Positions 38,679-48,652 of a stretch of 64,000 nt of DNA are shown piece after piece. The translations under genes were made by a program, and so were the position numbers. Source of the DNA: an uncultured Candidatus Berkelbacteria bacterium (lineage in GTDB: Bacteria; Patescibacteriota; UBA1384; CAILIB01). Location of the stretch: NCBI GenBank assembly GCA_903834195.1, contig CAILIB010000040.1:7297-71296 (forward strand), given 5' to 3'. Positions within the stretch are counted from its first letter, which is position 1; the number at the start of each line of letters is the position of its first letter. The notes beneath the pieces are model-generated. The model worked only from the letters and a program-made list of their open reading frames with translations. It had not been told where the DNA came from and did not search any database.

Positions 38679-40463
38679 TTGGATCACATCCGAAACTTCT
38701 GTATCATCGCCCACATCGACCATGGTAAGTCCACATTGGCTGACCGCATGCTTGAAGTTACCCAAACCGTGGTTCAGCGCGAGATGAAAGAGCAGCTTCT
38801 GGACCAAATGGACCTCGAGCGCGAACGTGGTATCACCATTAAATTGCAGCCGGTGCGCATGCACCATACAGTTGATGGGAGTGACTACATTCTCAACCTC
38901 ATCGACACTCCGGGTCACGTTGACTTCTCCTACGAAGTTTCCCGCTCTCTAGCGGCTGTAGAAGGCGCAATTTTGCTCGTTGATGCATCACAGGGTGTAC
39001 AGGCTCAAACCCTCACCACGCTGTACCAGGCGATTGAACAAGACCTAACCATCATCCCGGTTATCAATAAGATTGACCTCCCCCACGCCGAGCCTGAGCG
39101 TCGGGCTGAAGAGTTGATGAACTTGATCGGCTGTGCCCGTGAAGATATTCTCTTCGCGTCTGGAAAAACTGGGGCCGGTGTTAAGGAAATTCTTGACCGT
39201 GTTGTGCGCGACGTTCCCGTACCAAGTGGTAATCCTGAAGCTCCCCTGCGTGCCCTCGTTTTTGACTGTATCTTCGATCCATACCGAGGTGTGGTTGCCT
39301 ACGTTCGCTTAGTTGATGGCTCGCTCGATAACCGCAAAACAGTGCAGTTAATTCAAGGACGCAAAGAAACAGAAGCGCTTGAAATTGGGTACTTTCTCCC
39401 CCAACGTCACGATGCACCAACGTTAAAAACAGGTGAAATTGGCTATATTATTACCGGCCTCAAAGAAGTAGGAGAAATTGGTATTGGTGACACCTTTACC
39501 TCAGCAGGAACAAACCTTCCTGAGGCACTTCCGGGTTACCGTATTGTTACACCGATGGTTTTCGCATCACTCTACCCATCTGACTCAGACGATTACAACA
39601 CCTTACGTGATGCAATCGGCAAGTATAAATTGAACGACTCAGCCTTGTCGTACATGCCTGAAAACTCACCAGCACTTGGCTTTGGATTTCGCTGTGGTTT
39701 TCTCGGCATGTTGCATATGGAAATCGTTATGGAACGCTTGTTCCGCGAATATAATGTTGACGTTATTGCCACCGTTCCGTCAGTAGCTTACGAAGTCTAC
39801 ACGACAACAAACGAACGTATGGAAGTTCACAATCCCGCCGAACTTCCTGATGTCACACGTATCAAGACCATCGCCGAGCCATGGGTAAAAGTTGAAGTAG
39901 TTACTCCAAAAGACTACATGGGAAATATAATGGATCTCACCCAACGTCATCGCGGTACGTTTAAAGGAACTCAATTCCTCGACGCTAATCGTGTAGTTTT
40001 GAGCTATGACATTCCCCTCGCCGAAATCGTTGTGAACTACTACGACGAACTTAAAAGTGTGTCATCAGGCTATGCATCGATGAGTTACGAAGTGACCGGC
40101 TTTGTTGAGGGAGACCTCATTAAAATTGACATGATGGTAGCAGGGGAAAAGTGCGACCCACTATCAGTTATTGTCCCCCGCTCCCAATCTGAATCTACTG
40201 GCCGACGTATGGCAGAACGCCTCAAAGAACTCTTACCAAAGCAAAACTTTGAGATCGCGATTCAGGCAACTATTGGTGGAAAAATTGTCGCGCGCGAAAC
40301 TATCTCAGCCTTCCGCAAAGACGTGACCGGATACCTATATGGTGGTGATCAAACCCGTAAAAATAAACTGCTCGATAAGCAGAAAAAGGGTAAGAAGAGG
40401 ATGAAACAGTTTGGCCGCGTCGAAATTCCCGGCTCAGTTTTTATCGACCTTTTGAAGCGCTAA
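38679..40463 (+). CDS. lepA: Translation elongation factor 4 (LepA)
   Basis: 'IRNFCIIAHIDHGKSTLADR', 'DTPGHVDF', 'NKIDL' and the LepA-specific C-terminus '...GYLYGGDQTRKNKLLDKQKKGKKRMKQFGRVEIP'. TTG start. Confidence 0.95.
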   Translation: MDHIRNFCIIAHIDHGKSTLADRMLEVTQTVVQREMKEQLLDQMDLERERGITIKLQPVRMHHTVDGSDYILNLIDTPGHVDFSYEVSRSLAAVEGAILLVDASQGVQAQTLTTLYQAIEQDLTIIPVINKIDLPHAEPERRAEELMNLIGCAREDILFASGKTGAGVKEILDRVVRDVPVPSGNPEAPLRALVFDCIFDPYRGVVAYVRLVDGSLDNRKTVQLIQGRKETEALEIGYFLPQRHDAPTLKTGEIGYIITGLKEVGEIGIGDTFTSAGTNLPEALPGYRIVTPMVFASLYPSDSDDYNTLRDAIGKYKLNDSALSYMPENSPALGFGFRCGFLGMLHMEIVMERLFREYNVDVIATVPSVAYEVYTTTNERMEVHNPAELPDVTRIKTIAEPWVKVEVVTPKDYMGNIMDLTQRHRGTFKGTQFLDANRVVLSYDIPLAEIVVNYYDELKSVSSGYASMSYEVTGFVEGDLIKIDMMVAGEKCDPLSVIVPRSQSESTGRRMAERLKELLPKQNFEIAIQATIGGKIVARETISAFRKDVTGYLYGGDQTRKNKLLDKQKKGKKRMKQFGRVEIPGSVFIDLLKR

Positions 40464-41187
40464 CTGGTAGGTGTACAGTAAAGGTAGTTCCTTTATGAAC
40501 TGCGCTTTTAAACGTAACAGTTCCTTTAAAGCTTTCAATAATGTGCTTCACAAGCACAAGACCAAGTCCGGTACCTTCCCGGGCTTTTTCTTTGGCTGAT
40601 TCTGAGCGGAAAAATTCTGTAAACAATCTGCCTTGATCAGCATCTGCAATTCCAATTCCTGTATCGTGCACTTGGAATTCGACGAACCCTTTCCGTACAC
40701 ATGCAGTAACTTCTACACGACCATGCTCAGATGTATATTTAATAGCGTTATCAACCAGGTTAATAAATGCCTGTGTTAGATATTGCTCATCTCCCAAAAT
40801 AGGTGGCAAATCTTCGATTGCACCTTTTACGAGATGTACTCCCACCTGATTAGCAACAGGACGGTACTGTTCAATTACAGCGTGAATGACTGCATTCACA
40901 TCTACTGGCACAAGGTCCCGTGCTACTCCTTGATCATGCACTATGCGAAGCGTCTGCAACATGTCTGTCAACAAATGACTCATTCCAGATGATTGCGCAA
41001 CAGCACGAGCGAGCATTGTGCGTGTTGCAGGTTTTAAATCAGTATCTTCTAGCGCAGATTGGAGACACCATTGAATAATTGCGAGTGGCGATTTCAACTG
41101 ATGTGAAGCAGTCATAAAAAATGCAGTTTTCTCATCTGCAACTGCATCAAGGGCAGGAAGTGGAACATCTGCCTGACGTCGTTTCAT
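40441..41187 (-). CDS. Histidine kinase core (DHp plus HATPase_c) without sensor or TM region
   Basis: H box 'SHQLKSPL', N box 'LVDNAIKYT', G1 'DTGIGI', G2 'GTGLGL'. Only ~20 aa precede the H box. Confidence 0.85.
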   Translation of the reverse strand: MKRRQADVPLPALDAVADEKTAFFMTASHQLKSPLAIIQWCLQSALEDTDLKPATRTMLARAVAQSSGMSHLLTDMLQTLRIVHDQGVARDLVPVDVNAVIHAVIEQYRPVANQVGVHLVKGAIEDLPPILGDEQYLTQAFINLVDNAIKYTSEHGRVEVTACVRKGFVEFQVHDTGIGIADADQGRLFTEFFRSESAKEKAREGTGLGLVLVKHIIESFKGTVTFKSAVHKGTTFTVHLPVSASKGR

Positions 41188-41216
41188 ATGTTCTCTATGT
41201 TCATGACGTTGAGAGA

Positions 41217-42953
41217 TTATTGTAATCGGCGAAAACGTGGAAAAGAAAACCCAACTACAAGTAGAATTATTCCAATCACTAGAAGTAGCATAATCCGCTG
41301 CAGAATTGAGAGGTCAGGATTTGTTGAAAAAGCTACAGTCAGGAAAGAAATAATAAACGTTGCAGCACCTAAATATGTGAGTAATCGAAGACGCAACAAT
41401 GAGCCTCCTACCATGCCTACGAGAGACAATACTAACCAAAGGAGAGTTTGCGCAACTGAAGTTGCATCCAGGTATATTACGCTAAATAAAATCATAAACG
41501 ACAAGGAGTAACTCGCAAGTGTAATGGTCGGAATGAGCAACTGTTCTATTCCTCTTACCTTTGCCAGTGCGTACCAGTGTGCCAGTACAGGAAGAAAAAC
41601 TGCGATAGTTATACCAACCCAAACACGCTCTTGCATCAATGGAGAACCTGAGTATGTTAAAGGTTCTGGCAATAAAATCAGAAGGTAATTGAGGACTGCC
41701 AATGTTAGTGCACCAAGTCCAACTAACCGTGCCGAGTAACTTGGTAAGGTAAATCCAACTGCAATGACTGCAACTCCCACAATCAGAAGGAGAAGTGTTG
41801 TTGTTGATGATGAAAAAGCAATGTAGAAACAGAGAAACCAAGATGCAAGTGCAAGGGTAAGGAGGTGTTTTGCGTAAGACAACCTCTGATTATGTATCCA
41901 AGCAAATCCAGACAATCCAGTAAGCACTAACCCAGTACTTCCAAGTGAGAGAATCCAACCAAAGTCAAAATCTCGAAGTGAACTACTTAATAAGGTTAGA
42001 AGTAAACCAGATGCACCAACTACAAGTGATGTACGAACTACGTCTTGATCTTTAAGGGTACGACGCTCGATAAGGAATGGAATAATTGCTGCTGCAGAAA
42101 GTATAAGTCCCGACAAAAACCGAATAAGTTCTGTAAGTGTTGTTGCCAAGGCGTCGGAAGGAACTAGCCAAATCTGAGTTAAGTAAAGTGCTGCCGCAAT
42201 CGCAAATGTACGAAGAGTTGCATCTTTCGCTTCCCAGCTATATATCAGCACTGCCGCGGTTATGAGCAATGTTACAGTTACTGCAATCCAGAGCGAAGGC
42301 ATCATCAAAATGGTTAGGTAACATGCCACAATGAGTAGATACTGAAGCGGTTTCGAAAATCCTCGTCGAATTACTTCCACAGCCCCTAGTACAAACAGAA
42401 TCAAGAAAATCATAGTTTGCTGCTGCAAACTTGTTGCTGAAGCTGTAATACTGTAGGTTAGCGCAGCAATTGCAACAAACGTCCCAACACTTAGAATACC
42501 CCAGTGAACCCGCGTCAAATGCTTATTTGGCACATGTACTGAGACATGTGTATGATGCGCAGTTGGCGCAGTGCCTGCCCGTTCTTGATGTGCCAAAATT
42601 CGCGCCGAATCACTTTCTTCAATAACACCTGAAGCCTGCACAATAAGCCAAATTCCAACTGCACTTGAAATAATCAGAAGATAAACAACTGATTGATTTG
42701 TAATATTACTCAAAAATCCTAGTGCTGAAAGTGTAACAATTCCCCAGCCTAGCATTCGGTTCACGGATTGAGAATCTGAGCCGGAACAAAATTCTGTTAT
42801 CGTACTCCAGAGAGTTTTTTTAGGAGTTAGCTGTTGTCCAACTGCACGCTCAAGACGACGCAAACGCGCCTCCATCTCTTGTACCTGATTCTGAACAGCA
42901 CCTTGGCCCATACCCTCCTTTGGTTGTTGTAGATTAAGTATAGTGTATCTCAA
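41217..42953 (-). CDS. Polytopic membrane protein with N-terminal coiled coil (DUF2339-like)
   Basis: 'QVQEMEARLRRLERAV' followed by at least 14 hydrophobic helices. Ends 29 nt upstream of the kinase core. Confidence 0.4.
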   Translation of the reverse strand: MRYTILNLQQPKEGMGQGAVQNQVQEMEARLRRLERAVGQQLTPKKTLWSTITEFCSGSDSQSVNRMLGWGIVTLSALGFLSNITNQSVVYLLIISSAVGIWLIVQASGVIEESDSARILAHQERAGTAPTAHHTHVSVHVPNKHLTRVHWGILSVGTFVAIAALTYSITASATSLQQQTMIFLILFVLGAVEVIRRGFSKPLQYLLIVACYLTILMMPSLWIAVTVTLLITAAVLIYSWEAKDATLRTFAIAAALYLTQIWLVPSDALATTLTELIRFLSGLILSAAAIIPFLIERRTLKDQDVVRTSLVVGASGLLLTLLSSSLRDFDFGWILSLGSTGLVLTGLSGFAWIHNQRLSYAKHLLTLALASWFLCFYIAFSSSTTTLLLLIVGVAVIAVGFTLPSYSARLVGLGALTLAVLNYLLILLPEPLTYSGSPLMQERVWVGITIAVFLPVLAHWYALAKVRGIEQLLIPTITLASYSLSFMILFSVIYLDATSVAQTLLWLVLSLVGMVGGSLLRLRLLTYLGAATFIISFLTVAFSTNPDLSILQRIMLLLVIGIILLVVGFSFPRFRRLQ

Positions 42954-42970
42954 GGAAGAATGGAAAGAGG

Positions 42971-43007
42971 CAACATAAAAAGACTCCTATGGAGTCTTTT
43001 TATGTTG
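42971..43007 (-). terminator. 17-bp perfect hairpin abutting the tRNA-Lys 3' end
   Basis: caacataaaaagactcc-tat-ggagtctttttatgttg. One arm is identical over 15 nt to the hairpin at 30145-30186. Confidence 0.75.
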
Positions 43008-43080
43008 GTGGGTCCACTGGGACTCGAACCCAGAACCAACGGCTTAAAAGGCCGCTGCTCTACCATTGAGCTATAGACCC
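43006..43080 (-). tRNA. tRNA-Lys (TTT)
   Basis: Reverse complement: gggtctatagctcaatggtagagcagcggccttttaagccgttggttctgggttcgagtcccagtggacccacca. Cloverleaf traced by hand; anticodon loop cttttaa. Confidence 0.9.
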
Positions 43081-43121
43081 GAGTGAGGATCTGTAGACGT
43101 GCTTGCACGGATACAAGATCC

Positions 43122-43290
43122 GAGCGAGGGTATAATGTCGCGAAGCGACATTGACCCGACTACATTCTCTATGTTGTGAGCGAGAGTATAATCTTTTTCC
43201 GTAGGAAAAAGATTGACCCGACTATGTTCTCGGAATAGTAAAGTAGCGAGGGCATAATCTTTTTCTGAAAGAAAAAGATTGAACCAACAA
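43122..43290. repeat. Three tandem ~60-nt units, each with conserved flanks around a variable-stem hairpin
   Basis: Unit pattern is GAGCGAG(G/A)GTATAAT-[hairpin]-ATTGACCCGACTA. Hairpins are gtcgc-gaa-gcgac, ctttttcc-gta-ggaaaaag and ctttttct-gaa-agaaaaag. The third unit has degenerate flanks. Confidence 0.7.
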
Positions 43291-43391
43291 TACAATGCAC
43301 ACAATTTTCGTACCAGGTTAATCTAGCAACAATCAATTCCTTTGTCCATGCCAAATATAGTTTTATACTAAATTTTACTCTTTTGTATAAT

Positions 43392-43420
43392 TTGACACCC
43401 AAACCACCTAGCCATAAACT
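43392..43420 (+). promoter_or_regulatory. Candidate promoter TTGACA-N17-TAAACT
   Basis: TTGACA at 43392-43397 and TAAACT at 43415-43420, 28 nt upstream of ATG 43448. Confidence 0.4.
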
Positions 43421-43447
43421 AAAGTAACTATCACAATTATTCTTCAT

Positions 43448-44062
43448 ATGAAGATTGCTCAAACCAAAGTTATTTACGGCATTGCCGCTGGCACAATAGC
43501 AGCATCCAGTGGCTATCTATACTACACGTCTAAAGATAATGGCGCTCTTGCTGCCGATATCCCTACAAGCTGTCCATCAATTTCAAAAGGAGATATAGTT
43601 CGCACGCTCTACTTCAAACAAAGCGACGCAACGTATGTTAACGGAAATATGGGACCAGAACTAAGCAAGGGACCATATATTGATGGTGCTCAATTTGTAA
43701 AATTTGATGGGAATATTTACCGATTTATAAAGTTTGGTAGTAAAGATGATGGCGTATCCGGAATGTTGCCACTTCACAACAAATCAGATGGAAAGTGGTA
43801 CATCGTATCCAGTGAACCTATTGCAACGGTAAGTAAAACCATAAAGGCACTGACGAAATATGATCAACGAGTATATAGTATGGGCAACACCCCGTTTAAT
43901 GGGTTGTACCGTGTAGATGGAAAAGTAAATAATAAAGGACAGGTAGAAAGTGGCACTATGCTAGTATGCTACTCAAAAGATGGTGGTAAAACGTTGACAT
44001 CTTACCCTGCTATTGATTCAGGGTTTTCACAAGTAACTGTCATTCAAGATCTTGCGAACTAA
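43448..44062 (+). CDS. Hypothetical N-anchored or secreted protein
   Basis: 204 aa. N-terminal hydrophobic 'VIYGIAAGTIAASSGYLYY'. No recognised motif. Confidence 0.5.
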   Translation: MKIAQTKVIYGIAAGTIAASSGYLYYTSKDNGALAADIPTSCPSISKGDIVRTLYFKQSDATYVNGNMGPELSKGPYIDGAQFVKFDGNIYRFIKFGSKDDGVSGMLPLHNKSDGKWYIVSSEPIATVSKTIKALTKYDQRVYSMGNTPFNGLYRVDGKVNNKGQVESGTMLVCYSKDGGKTLTSYPAIDSGFSQVTVIQDLAN

Positions 44063-45060
44063 TTAATCCCTATTAGAGGTAAATACCCCTCGGGATCATA
44101 GACAACATCATAGGCACCCGCTAGCGTAACACGTACCGGATTAAACTTAAGTTTAAAATCGGTAAATGATTGCCACGGGTGCTCTTTGTTATCTGAATTA
44201 GCAATCCCCCACAAATCATAAAAGGCACATTTATGTTCAATGCCTAATTTAATTGCTTCTGCATGACATAAATAAGGTGCCATGTGTTTACGAGCATCGT
44301 AATCAAAACCTCCGAAGAAGTACGTCACCCTATCGGCAAAACATATAACGAGAATCGAGGCAATTGCCATATCTTCTAACTTAGCCGTAATCACAAATGC
44401 TTTTTTAGTACTTCCTAAGTGTTTTTGTATTGAAATAAAATACTCCCACTCTTTGAATTCGAGTGATTTTCGATCAATAGTTTTTTTATAATTTTCATAG
44501 AATTCTACGAAATCTTCGAGCTCGCAACCCGTGTGCGTAGTTACACCATCTCGAAGGGCTATACGGATGTTATACCGCACTTTAGGATGAAATTTTTGAA
44601 TAACATCCTCATAACTACTATTCAGCGGAACTAACCCTGTATCCACTGGCTGCATATTGAGCGGACTGGGCTGAAATTGAGTTAGTGACTCGCCGTAAGA
44701 ATGTAAAAGCCAAGGTTCCATTCGCCAACAAATTCCGTTTTCACGATTTGACAAAGCAGCAACGGCATCGGTTAGAGTACGCAAGTCCTGCACATGACTT
44801 TTTAGATGCCACTTTAGTACGGGACCCTGAGGAGAGTAAAAAAACATTTTTTTATTTTCCATTCTTGAACCTAAAATAAGCGCAGCCGCTACGAGTTTAT
44901 TCTTGCGACGAATAGCGATCTGAAATATTTCCCAGCCCTCATCTTTTTTAACCTTTGCCCATGCTGAAGTCTGCATAAACCCTGAATAACCTGTTGAAGC
45001 AACAAAAGAATCCCATTCTGTAGCATTCAGTTCTTCAACAATCACATGTGTTTCCGACAT
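44059..45060 (-). CDS. FemAB-family peptidoglycan interpeptide-bridge aminoacyltransferase
   Basis: 'FMQTSAWAKVKKDEGWEIFQIAI...LVAAALILGSR...FFYSPQGPVL' plus a C-terminal GNAT-like half. Confidence 0.65.
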   Translation of the reverse strand: MSETHVIVEELNATEWDSFVASTGYSGFMQTSAWAKVKKDEGWEIFQIAIRRKNKLVAAALILGSRMENKKMFFYSPQGPVLKWHLKSHVQDLRTLTDAVAALSNRENGICWRMEPWLLHSYGESLTQFQPSPLNMQPVDTGLVPLNSSYEDVIQKFHPKVRYNIRIALRDGVTTHTGCELEDFVEFYENYKKTIDRKSLEFKEWEYFISIQKHLGSTKKAFVITAKLEDMAIASILVICFADRVTYFFGGFDYDARKHMAPYLCHAEAIKLGIEHKCAFYDLWGIANSDNKEHPWQSFTDFKLKFNPVRVTLAGAYDVVYDPEGYLPLIGIN

Positions 45061-45071
45061 TTAGTGCATTT

Positions 45072-45108
45072 AAATAAAGACAGCACCGAATAGTGCTGTC
45101 TTTATTTT
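45072..45108. terminator. 15-bp hairpin, probable bidirectional terminator
   Basis: aaataaagacagcac-cgaata-gtgctgtctttattt. Confidence 0.6.
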
Positions 45109-45209
45109 GCCAAGTTCGCTAGGTTTCGCAAGGGCAATCTGCTCACGAGAGTATGCCCTCACTTATATCAGAATTATCGCATATTGTCAATAGAAGATGG
45201 CTCTAGAAG

Positions 45210-45722
45210 CTATAATTCCTCGTCTCCATAAATACCAAAGTAGAGCATAATAGCCACAGGTGCAATGAGAACCCAATCACGATACTGGTAAATATACGGT
45301 GCAATTTTTGAACTATCGAGCACAGTTTGTCGAATTGGATCTGGTAGAAACAGTAAAATAAATAGCAAGGCAAGCACAACTGTTGATACCGAATACGCTA
45401 CCACTTCAACAACCGAGTATCGCGCTCGCTTCCCACCCAACTTCAAAAAAGCTGAAATTAAAAAGGTAAATAGAACAAGCAAAACTCCCTGTACAACATA
45501 TGGAGTTGCATTTGCTTTAATCCAAACCTGATTAAAAAGTACACGATCCCCGCTAAATAACTGCGCGATACGATCACCCCAACTTGAAGCCACGAAATAG
45601 GAAATGTAAACGCTAACGAGCGTTGCAAGCGCTTTGTGACGACGAAGTATTAGACTATACGCCAAAAGCAACGCAAGTGCAGCTAAAATCGCAATGTCCC
45701 AGGACAGAGTCTTCATATACAT
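45210..45722 (-). CDS. Small integral membrane protein, CvpA-like (tentative)
   Basis: 170 aa with 4 TM helices. N-terminal 'WDIAILAALALLLAYSLIL'. Confidence 0.35.
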   Translation of the reverse strand: MYMKTLSWDIAILAALALLLAYSLILRRHKALATLVSVYISYFVASSWGDRIAQLFSGDRVLFNQVWIKANATPYVVQGVLLVLFTFLISAFLKLGGKRARYSVVEVVAYSVSTVVLALLFILLFLPDPIRQTVLDSSKIAPYIYQYRDWVLIAPVAIMLYFGIYGDEEL

Positions 45723-45802
45723 TTAGTATGCAGGTGGGGGTACGAGAAATCAACCGGATTGTGTTACGTTCTCAGTTCTGATATAGACGAATCAGGAGAA
45801 AC

Positions 45803-46114
45803 TTGATGATGAACTTAATTCCTCTCAATCAGGCAACTCCGACACAAATTCGAAGTTGCCATCTTATCGTACATCTTGGAATAGCGTATTTTACTCTCCA
45901 AGAACAACCTCGACTTTCGCAATTAATGACATTCGCTGAAAATCCGGAAGTTGCAATAGAATTTCTCTACAAAGTCCTCCCAAAATTTACCGAGGAGGAT
46001 ATCATATCCGGACTCGATCCCTTACCAGAATCACTCCCTGGTGAAGTTCACCTTATTCTCAATGATGGATGTACTTCAATCCTAGTCTGCACAATTAGCG
46101 GATTTGGTATTTAA
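45803..46114 (+). CDS. Hypothetical protein
   Basis: 103-aa ORF preceded by aggag 6-9 nt upstream of tandem ATGs. Confidence 0.45.
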   Translation: MMMNLIPLNQATPTQIRSCHLIVHLGIAYFTLQEQPRLSQLMTFAENPEVAIEFLYKVLPKFTEEDIISGLDPLPESLPGEVHLILNDGCTSILVCTISGFGI

Positions 46115-46146
46115 AAAGAGCGACCCTGCGGCCGCTCTCTTTTTTA
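46113..46146. terminator. Bidirectional terminator between convergent genes
   Basis: aaaaagagcgaccctgcggccgctctcttttt. Confidence 0.7.
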
Positions 46147-46746
46147 TCCCTGTAATTTTTTCAACTCTTCGTACAACTCTTTTTCTCTTCGAGAAAGCCT
46201 GCGAGGAATTACGACACGTAATACAATTGTGAGGTCCCCTTTTCCACCCCGATAACTCTTACCCATGCCACGAAAGACAATTTGCTGGCCATCTTGAGTA
46301 CCGGCTGGGATATCCAACGTTACCCGCTCATTCCCTACACGAAGTTCGATTCGATCCCCAATAACTGCTTGAGGTACAGAGATTTGCACTTCAGCTTGGA
46401 TATTAGCAAGTGCAGCGCCGAACATATCGGAAAATATGTCACCGAACCCTCCACCTCCACCAAAGCCAAATCCACTAAAATCAAATCCTTCAGCCTGATT
46501 TGAATAGCCACCTCCAAAGCCACCAGGACCACCCGCTCCCGGCGCAGCGCCAAACGTATCGTAGTGACTTCGCTTTTGAGGATCAGAGAGCGTCTGATAC
46601 GCTTCGTTCACTTTTTTGAACGCCTCTGCATCACCTCCTTTGTCTGGATGAAGTTCGTGTGCTTTCTTGCGAAATGCACGTTTAATTTCATCCTGCGAGG
46701 CAGATTTACTAACTCCTAAGAGACCGTAAAAGTCGTTGGCAGCCAC
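46144..46746 (-). CDS. dnaJ: Short DnaJ-like co-chaperone: J domain, G/F region and one C-terminal subdomain, no zinc finger
   Basis: '[34 protein letters not shown]' with HPD. G/F '[34 protein letters not shown]'. No CxxCxGxG repeats; 200 aa in total. Confidence 0.8.
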   Translation of the reverse strand: MAANDFYGLLGVSKSASQDEIKRAFRKKAHELHPDKGGDAEAFKKVNEAYQTLSDPQKRSHYDTFGAAPGAGGPGGFGGGYSNQAEGFDFSGFGFGGGGGFGDIFSDMFGAALANIQAEVQISVPQAVIGDRIELRVGNERVTLDIPAGTQDGQQIVFRGMGKSYRGGKGDLTIVLRVVIPRRLSRREKELYEELKKLQG

Positions 46747-46751
46747 CGGTA

Positions 46752-48647
46752 TTACTTCTCTTCGCCTTCAGCATCAGGAGTAGTATCCTCTGCTTTGTCG
46801 GTGTTTGGAGCATCTTCTGGAGTTGACTGTTGCTGATACATGGCAGCGCCAACAATTTGAAGTTTCTCGGAAAGTTGTTCTAGCTTGTGTGTAATCGCTT
46901 CAGCATCTTCACTTGTGTGAACACTTCGGAGCTCAGCAATTGCATCTTCTACCGCACGAACATCTTCTGGCTTTGACTTACCTTCAGCATCTTTGAGTGT
47001 CTTTTCTGCGGTGTAAATGAGTGAGTCAGCGTCGTTACGGGCTTCAACAAGTGCTTTCTTTTTCTGATCTTCTTCAGCATGAGCTTCAGCATCTTGACGC
47101 ATCTTGTCGATTTCAGCATCTGACAACCCAGTTGAAGCAGTAAGGGTTACTTTCTGTTCTTTATTGGTTGCCTTATCAACTGCCTTTACGTGTACGATAC
47201 CGTTGGCGTCGATGTCGAAAGTAACTTCAACCTGTGGAACGCCACGAGGAGCTGAAGGAATACCATCAAGAATAAACTTTCCAAGTGTACGGTTATCACC
47301 AGCCATTTCACGCTCGCCTTGCAGCACGTGAATTTCTACCTGGGTTTGACCATCGGCAGCTGTGGAGTAAACCTGACTCTTTGAAGCAGGGATTGTGGTA
47401 TTACGCTCGATCATACGAGTCATCACTCCACCCATAGTTTCAATACCAAGTGAGAGCGGAGTAACGTCGAGGAGGAGGATATCCTTAGCACTTGAGTCGC
47501 CTGATAGCACACCACCCTGAATTGCAGCACCAAGGGCGACTGCTTCATCTGGATTTACAGAACGGTTTGGCTCTTTACTGAAGTATGCGCGCACTTCTTC
47601 AACAACCTTTGGCATCCGCGTCTGACCACCAACAAGAATAACCTCGTTAATATCTTTTGGCTCAAGTTTAGCGTCTTTAAGTGCCTTCTTTACCGGGTCA
47701 ATACTGCGCTTAACCAGAGATTCAACCAGCTGTTCAAACTTAGCACGAGTAACTTTAAGCACGAGGTGCTTAGGACCAGAAGCATCAGCAGTAATGAACG
47801 GCAGATTTACTTCAGTTTCGTTTGCACTTGAAAGCTCAATCTTTGCCTTTTCAGCAGCTTCTTTAATACGCTGAATTGCATCTGCTTGACCTGTAAGCTC
47901 AAGACCTTCTTGTGTCTTAAACTCTGCCAAAATATGATCCATGAGCGCCTTATCAAAGTCATCACCACCAAGGTGAGTATCGCCATTGGTTGCTAGAACT
48001 TCGAAGGTTGTACGACCATCATCATTTGTCAGTTCAAGAACAGTGACATCAAAGGTTCCACCACCCAAGTCGTACACAACAATCTTTTCGTCTTTCTTGC
48101 GATCCAACCCGTAGGCAATAGCAGCAGCGGTTGGCTCGTTAATGATTTGCTTAACATCAAGACCAGCAATTTTTCCAGCGTTTTTAGTTGCCTGACGCTG
48201 GGCATCATTAAAATACGCAGGAACAGTAATAACTGCTGAATCAACTTTTTCACCAAGATAGGCTTCAGCATCAGCTTTGAGTTTTTGAAGAATCATGGCT
48301 GAGATTTCTTCAGCGGTGTACTCTTTGTCACCCATTTTTACTTCTACAAGATCGTTACGACCCTTGAGAATTTCGTATGGAACGCGCGATTTATCTTCCT
48401 GAGTTTCCTTATCAGTAAACTTACGACCAATGAATCGCTTTACTGAGTAAATTGTATTCTTTGGGTTCGTTGCGGCCTGACGCTTTGCAGGTACACCCAC
48501 TACACGCTCGCCGTCTTTTTTAATTGCAACAATAGATGGAACAGTGTTCTGGCCTTCTGCCGAAGGAATTACCTTAGCAGCGCCGCCTTCCATTACTGAA
48601 ACTACTGAGTTTGTTGTACCAAGATCGATACCAATGATTTTTGCCAT
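46752..48647 (-). CDS. dnaK: Molecular chaperone DnaK (Hsp70)
   Basis: '[13 protein letters not shown]', '[13 protein letters not shown]', '[13 protein letters not shown]'. Confidence 0.97.
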   Translation of the reverse strand: MAKIIGIDLGTTNSVVSVMEGGAAKVIPSAEGQNTVPSIVAIKKDGERVVGVPAKRQAATNPKNTIYSVKRFIGRKFTDKETQEDKSRVPYEILKGRNDLVEVKMGDKEYTAEEISAMILQKLKADAEAYLGEKVDSAVITVPAYFNDAQRQATKNAGKIAGLDVKQIINEPTAAAIAYGLDRKKDEKIVVYDLGGGTFDVTVLELTNDDGRTTFEVLATNGDTHLGGDDFDKALMDHILAEFKTQEGLELTGQADAIQRIKEAAEKAKIELSSANETEVNLPFITADASGPKHLVLKVTRAKFEQLVESLVKRSIDPVKKALKDAKLEPKDINEVILVGGQTRMPKVVEEVRAYFSKEPNRSVNPDEAVALGAAIQGGVLSGDSSAKDILLLDVTPLSLGIETMGGVMTRMIERNTTIPASKSQVYSTAADGQTQVEIHVLQGEREMAGDNRTLGKFILDGIPSAPRGVPQVEVTFDIDANGIVHVKAVDKATNKEQKVTLTASTGLSDAEIDKMRQDAEAHAEEDQKKKALVEARNDADSLIYTAEKTLKDAEGKSKPEDVRAVEDAIAELRSVHTSEDAEAITHKLEQLSEKLQIVGAAMYQQQSTPEDAPNTDKAEDTTPDAEGEEK

Positions 48648-48652
48648 ATGTA

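Noticed and set aside
43131-43218. TATAAT and TTGACC boxes inside the tandem repeats read as stacked promoters for tRNA-Lys.
   Set aside because: On either strand the -35-like box lies downstream of the -10-like box or at a 30-nt spacing. No TTGACA-N17-TATAAT arrangement can be formed.
43122-43290. Possible CRISPR array at the tandem repeats next to tRNA-Lys.
   Set aside because: Only three units are present. The conserved parts flank a variable hairpin, rather than identical repeats separating unique spacers. The unit length is irregular, and there are no cas genes in the window.
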